This document shows positions 47,388-51,215 of a stretch of 51,215 bases of DNA, piece by piece. The first letter of the stretch is position 1. Each line of letters begins with the position of its first letter. The translations under genes were made by a program, and so were the position numbers. The notes below the pieces were generated by a model. It ran no database searches. It saw nothing but the letters and a program-made list of their open reading frames with translations, and had not been told where the DNA came from. The DNA is taken from IMG/VR virus record IMGVR_UViG_3300035128_000044, positions 1 to 51,215 of that record; one strand, written 5' to 3'. Source of the DNA: a virus (Duplodnaviria > Caudoviricetes).

Positions 47388-47648
47388 TTAAATCTTTTCT
47401 TGAACGCCTTCAAATACATATACTCTTTTACCTATTTTACCTTTTCTGACTTTACTCATTTTCGGGAAAACACTACGAACTGCTTTACCAAAAACTCTAA
47501 TATTACAAGGACCATATCCTCGTGATATTATCCATTTTCTATAAACTTCATACAAAATTTTAACTTCTATCCAAACAGAATCGTCAGGTATAAATTCATA
47601 ATTTTCTCTTAAAAATATCTTACTCATTTTTATGCCAAAATTATTCAT
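47388..47648 (-). CDS. Stand-alone winged-helix protein paralogous to the helicase C-terminus
   Basis: FLRENY...LYEVYRKW...GY.P...RVFGKAV..VFP...YVFEG aligns with the helicase tail. Confidence 0.75.
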   Translation of the reverse strand: MNNFGIKMSKIFLRENYEFIPDDSVWIEVKILYEVYRKWIISRGYGPCNIRVFGKAVRSVFPKMSKVRKGKIGKRVYVFEGVQEKI

Positions 47649-47649
47649 A

Positions 47650-49032
47650 TTATTTCTCCTTCAATTTAGGTTTTGTTAAATACCCCTGGACTTCCGCTCC
47701 GACCTGGAACTTCAATCCCTCATATACATAATGCCTATACTCTCTTCCTCCGATCCTTCGTTTAGCAGTTTGTGGAAAGGCTCTAAGCACCTCCTTGCCA
47801 AATGTCCTATCGCTCATCGGCTGGTAGCCCTTTTCCCTGCACCAGATTCGATAAATCTTGTAAACAGTCTCGGTTCTAACACCCAATGGATATGTCGAAT
47901 CATAATAATAATTCTCTCTCAAATACATACCAGCCGGATTCGATTCCTCCTTAAACCTTCTCCAAACAGCCTCACTCGCTTCCGGCTTACAGAATCCTCC
48001 ATTAGCTTTTAGCTTCATCATACCCATAATAGCCCAATTCAGAATACCAGGCATCTCAGCTTCCAACTTCGCATCCAAATCTGGGTCAACCTCCGCAGTG
48101 TTTCGAACGAACGGCACAACTTTTAACCTTCTCCAGGTTCCCATACTCTTATCCGTGAAATTTGGAAAATCATTACAAAGAACCATAAGCTTCGCAGTTG
48201 CCTCGGCTGTAAATGCGTCTCCCCATTTTCTTTCAAAATCCAAACCATCGGCTCCGGTCCAGGTTTTAATAACAGCTTCGATCTGTGGTGTGAGTTCCTG
48301 CTCCGCGTCTCCGGCCACATTCAGCTTTTTCCCAAAGGTCATATAAAGTGAGAAATTATTACCAAACCTGCGGAGGGGTAAATCACTACAATTATTTCGA
48401 CCGAGCATATTTTTCATCGCTCTGGCAAACGTGCTCTTTCCGGCTGCCGCTTCCCCAATACATAAAAGGAAGCATTGGTATTCTTGGGTAGGCATTAATA
48501 GGTATCCAGCCCACATTTGAAGAAGTTCCTGTAATTCTTTATCCCCACTGGTAATTTCCTCCATAAATTGCAACCAACGAGTACATTTTGCATTTTCATC
48601 GAAATCATAGGGAAGCTTATTAATCGTGAAGAAATCTGGGGTCTTGGCCGATTTGGTAATCGTCCCATCCGGCATAAACGTTAAAATCCAATTATTTAAT
48701 ACAATTGCTTCAACCGTTTTATTCGGTTCTTTATCGGTAAGCCAAGTATTCAAAAGTCTACCGTACGGAATGTTGGCCTGGGCTTTAAGATTTAATCGAA
48801 TATTCTCAATTAGTTTTGTGCTTGCTTCGACATGGTTTTTCGCCGCGAACTTCACAAGAAAAGCTGTGAGATCATTTTTATTTACTTTTTGATAAACACT
48901 TCCATTCCATAGGTAGAAGTCGTCCCGCCAAAAAATTAGAACTTGTTTTTTCTCCCCATTGAATTGTTTATGGCCTATAGCCTGAAAGAACCCATATGCA
49001 ATTCCGGCTGGAGTTGGTTTATCCTTGTCCAT
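47650..49032 (-). CDS. SF3 (D5/P4-alpha-like) helicase lacking an N-terminal primase domain
   Basis: LPYDFDENAKCTRWLQF, GEAAAGKST, IKTWTGAD, CNDFP, WRRLKVVPF, C-terminal winged helix. Confidence 0.88.
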   Translation of the reverse strand: MDKDKPTPAGIAYGFFQAIGHKQFNGEKKQVLIFWRDDFYLWNGSVYQKVNKNDLTAFLVKFAAKNHVEASTKLIENIRLNLKAQANIPYGRLLNTWLTDKEPNKTVEAIVLNNWILTFMPDGTITKSAKTPDFFTINKLPYDFDENAKCTRWLQFMEEITSGDKELQELLQMWAGYLLMPTQEYQCFLLCIGEAAAGKSTFARAMKNMLGRNNCSDLPLRRFGNNFSLYMTFGKKLNVAGDAEQELTPQIEAVIKTWTGADGLDFERKWGDAFTAEATAKLMVLCNDFPNFTDKSMGTWRRLKVVPFVRNTAEVDPDLDAKLEAEMPGILNWAIMGMMKLKANGGFCKPEASEAVWRRFKEESNPAGMYLRENYYYDSTYPLGVRTETVYKIYRIWCREKGYQPMSDRTFGKEVLRAFPQTAKRRIGGREYRHYVYEGLKFQVGAEVQGYLTKPKLKEK

Positions 49033-49033
49033 A

Positions 49034-49546
49034 TTATTTCTTTCTATATAAATGTTCCTTCAAGGACCATATTCTCATTGCTGCTAACTCCCCTAATTTC
49101 ACTCTCTGTTTGTCGGTTATTTTGGGAGCTTTATTGTTAAATTTTGGATATTTTACTCGTTTTACCAAGCAATTTCCCCAGTCACTTTGGTATATTGAAA
49201 GAAGTCCAGCACGTTCCGGGATAAGTTCTAAAGCATCTTTTTCCAAATAATCGGGCACAGCAAACCATAATCCTTTTATTCGAGGACTATCATGATGATG
49301 CTCTTTCTTCCAATCCGCTTTCAAATCCTGTTTAGATACCTTAATTTCGACCTCATATATACAACCGGCTTTCGTAACTATAAGCATATCTAATTCATAT
49401 TGGAATCCGAGACCATATGAGACATTGGGAACTATTATATTTTGACGATAATTGAATTCTTGGGCTACTGCTATCTCTATATCTCCAGCATGTAGCTTTC
49501 TTTTTGTTATTTTACATTCTCCGAAGGTTCTCTGGTTGTTCTTCAT
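49034..49546 (-). CDS. MmcB-like PD-(D/E)XK nuclease-fold protein
   Basis: ELDMLIV...YEVEIKVSKQDLKADWKK, WFAVP, AGLL. Confidence 0.7.
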   Translation of the reverse strand: MKNNQRTFGECKITKRKLHAGDIEIAVAQEFNYRQNIIVPNVSYGLGFQYELDMLIVTKAGCIYEVEIKVSKQDLKADWKKEHHHDSPRIKGLWFAVPDYLEKDALELIPERAGLLSIYQSDWGNCLVKRVKYPKFNNKAPKITDKQRVKLGELAAMRIWSLKEHLYRKK

Positions 49547-49552
49547 TTCTAT

Positions 49553-49651
49553 ATTATAGCACAGTCTAAAATTAATTTCAATACAATTTGCAGGTAAAAA
49601 TAAAAAAGTACCAACATTTTGCTTGTATACCCTATACAATTTTGGTATAAT
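49553..49651. promoter_or_regulatory. Divergent sigma70 promoter pair
   Basis: Minus strand TTGAAA-N17-TATAAT (49581-49553); plus strand TTGTAT-N17-TATAAT (49623-49651). Confidence 0.7.
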
Positions 49652-49657
49652 ACAAAC

Positions 49658-50005
49658 ATGGACATAGAACTTGGACCATATGATGAATTATTAATTGTTG
49701 TTTCAGCTTACGACGAAGGTCTGCGAGCAATTAATGTAATAGCCAGAAGTTTGAATAGAAGATCGTGGTTTTATTTCACTTTTACTAAGCCTGTTCTTAC
49801 TGACTTTGGTGACTTGCTTATATATAATTCAGTTACAAATAATGTGTATAGTTACAGAAATTCTCATCTTAAGTACCACTTACAAAAAACTGATTTATCA
49901 GAAAACATATTAAAAGAATTATATAGTAATAATTATTATAAACTGGATGAGGAATACGAGAAGTATCTTCCCGATGGTTACTTACAAGGGGGTCAAAATG
50001 GGTAA
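49658..50005 (+). CDS. Hypothetical protein, probably leaderless
   Basis: ATG 7 nt after the -10 box. Confidence 0.6.
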   Translation: MDIELGPYDELLIVVSAYDEGLRAINVIARSLNRRSWFYFTFTKPVLTDFGDLLIYNSVTNNVYSYRNSHLKYHLQKTDLSENILKELYSNNYYKLDEEYEKYLPDGYLQGGQNG

Positions 50006-50204
50006 GGGTAGTAGAAGAAGAAAAAGTTTTGTCTCTGCTGAACAATATCGAAGGAACTGGTTACGGATATTCGGAAAAAAATGTACAAGCTGTAATGGCA
50101 CAGGTGTTTTTTCCGCGGGGGGTGAATTGGGGGATAAAATTTGTACTGTTAGTCCTTGCCAAACATGCGATGGAGTTGGGTTTATAGAAAAAGGAAAGAA
50201 ATGA
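49998..50204 (+). CDS. DnaJ-type CxxCxGxG zinc-finger microprotein
   Basis: CTSCNGTG and CQTCDGVG. Confidence 0.65.
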   Translation: MGKGSRRRKSFVSAEQYRRNWLRIFGKKCTSCNGTGVFSAGGELGDKICTVSPCQTCDGVGFIEKGKK

Positions 50205-50632
50205 TTGATTTAGTCCCAGATGAACTTGACTTTGGATTCGGAAGTCTTTACGAGATTTCTTACTTGGAAAAAATATTTGGAATATCGAGACGTACTGCTT
50301 TTAAGTTTTTGAAAGCTTTACATATAGAGGCTTTTTACGTGGGAAAGAAAGTTTATTACAGTCACGTGAGTTTCAAACGCATTTTATTTGTTTTAAGTAA
50401 ACCCGGTAGTCCCGGATTCATTTTTCCTGGAAGCACTAAAAAGAATGATAGTCGTATCGATAAAGATAGTAATTACTTGACCGAAGTGACAAATGAAATA
50501 TTGGAAAAGGCGGCAGACCCGGCAATACTTGCCGAGATGGATGCTTCTACAGGAAAGAATCCCAATTTAATGAAACAGTTTATAGCTCGGCCAGTCGGAA
50601 GACCACGAAAAGATGAAAACAAAAGTAGTTAA
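50201..50632 (+). CDS. Putative DNA-binding protein (HTH-like plus AT-hook GRPRK)
   Basis: LEKIFGISRRTAFKFL, PVGRPRK. Confidence 0.55.
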   Translation: MIDLVPDELDFGFGSLYEISYLEKIFGISRRTAFKFLKALHIEAFYVGKKVYYSHVSFKRILFVLSKPGSPGFIFPGSTKKNDSRIDKDSNYLTEVTNEILEKAADPAILAEMDASTGKNPNLMKQFIARPVGRPRKDENKSS

Positions 50633-50903
50633 TCTAAAATATTCAGAATATGATGTGTTTATTGGAAGACCCTCAAAGTGGGGGAATCCCTTTTATGTGG
50701 GTGGTCTTCAAGACCGGAGTAAAGCTTGCGAAAAGTTTAAGATATGGCTTGCCGGAAAGATAAAAGCTCCTCATGGTCAAGTTCCTCCAACTAAAGAAGA
50801 AATAATTAAAGAATTGAAAGGTAAAAGACTTGGATGTTATTGTGCCCCTTTGGAATGTCACGGGGATGCCTATGTAGAAATTTGTGAGGGGGGGTTTGGG
50901 TGA
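50613..50903 (+). CDS. DUF4326 family protein
   Basis: DVFIGRPSKWGNPF, ELKGKRLGCYCAPLECHGD. Confidence 0.88.
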   Translation: MKTKVVNLKYSEYDVFIGRPSKWGNPFYVGGLQDRSKACEKFKIWLAGKIKAPHGQVPPTKEEIIKELKGKRLGCYCAPLECHGDAYVEICEGGFG

Positions 50904-51215
50904 GTAACAAAATAGAAAAATTATCTCCTGAAGATGTTGCGACTACTTTGGTGTCTTTTAATGACCCCAATCTCGTGCTAAGTTTGTTCCGACAACTTGG
51001 TTGGGGACTATCCTTCGAGATAAAAGAAACTCTATCAATTGCCCAACAAAATATTAATTTAGGAGCAAAACTATCTGCAATAAAACATTTAAGAACTTTA
51101 CTTCGGGAAGCAGCCGAAGCAGCGGGTTACTATGGAAAAGTCACCCAAACTATTAGTGGTGGGGACGGCACATCTAAAACTTTCTCTGCTAAACAAATTG
51201 CTAACGCACTAAAAC
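50900..51215 (+). CDS. Possible terminase small subunit, 3' truncated
   Basis: Open frame from GTG 50900 to the window end (…KLSAIKHLRTLLREAA…); on a circular map it would lie upstream of terL. Confidence 0.4.
   Translation, partial: MSNKIEKLSPEDVATTLVSFNDPNLVLSLFRQLGWGLSFEIKETLSIAQQNINLGAKLSAIKHLRTLLREAAEAAGYYGKVTQTISGGDGTSKTFSAKQIANALK

Larger units (their letters stand above)
1..51215. mobile_element. Near-complete tailed dsDNA bacteriophage genome, podovirus-like
   Basis: Terminase-portal-scaffold-capsid-adaptor-nozzle-ejection protein order; no tape measure, sheath or tube gene; phage replication module; no host housekeeping genes. Confidence 0.95.

Noticed and set aside
1184-48892. 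Numerous antisense and alternate-frame ORFs in the track
   Set aside because: They are shadows of long, motif-bearing genes with no RBS or recognisable motifs
1-51215. Stop-codon reassignment, integrase/lysogeny module, or DGR/retron
   Set aside because: Genes are intact in code 11 with all three stops used; no recombinase or reverse transcriptase motifs seen

Overview
This is a nearly complete ~51 kb AT-rich (roughly 37% GC by eye) tailed dsDNA phage genome with podovirus-like organisation. Position 124-26632 is morphogenesis: terminase, HNH, portal, scaffold, capsid, beta-helix/LamG decorations, a lipoprotein trypsin-like protease, adaptor, fibre, nozzle and ejection proteins. Position 26640-27440 is a promoter-driven non-coding RNA cluster including a tRNA-like element. 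Position 27443-42655 covers replication, recombination and nucleotide metabolism: Topo VIA-like TOPRIM, UDG-fused PolA, ERCC4 nuclease, SMC-like ATPase, Cas4-like nuclease, Sak4-like ATPase, SSB, MazG-like, HD and metallophosphoesterase genes. Position 42900-46400 holds small early-type genes including a histone-fold candidate and a radical SAM protein. A symmetric origin-like region and an SF3 helicase without a primase domain follow at 47050-49030, and a possible small terminase runs off the right end. I recognised no integrase, RNA polymerase, primase or endolysin. The most unusual signals are: (1) 34 manually counted exact copies of the non-palindromic octamer TGCGGAGG on both strands; (2) a PolA with non-canonical active-site residues, including the steric-gate position; (3) a 127-nt tRNA mimic inside an ncRNA array; (4) a phage histone-fold protein; (5) a second clustered motif, RTTATNGGAC, bracketing the early region. 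All assignments come from motif recognition by eye; no database searches were run.
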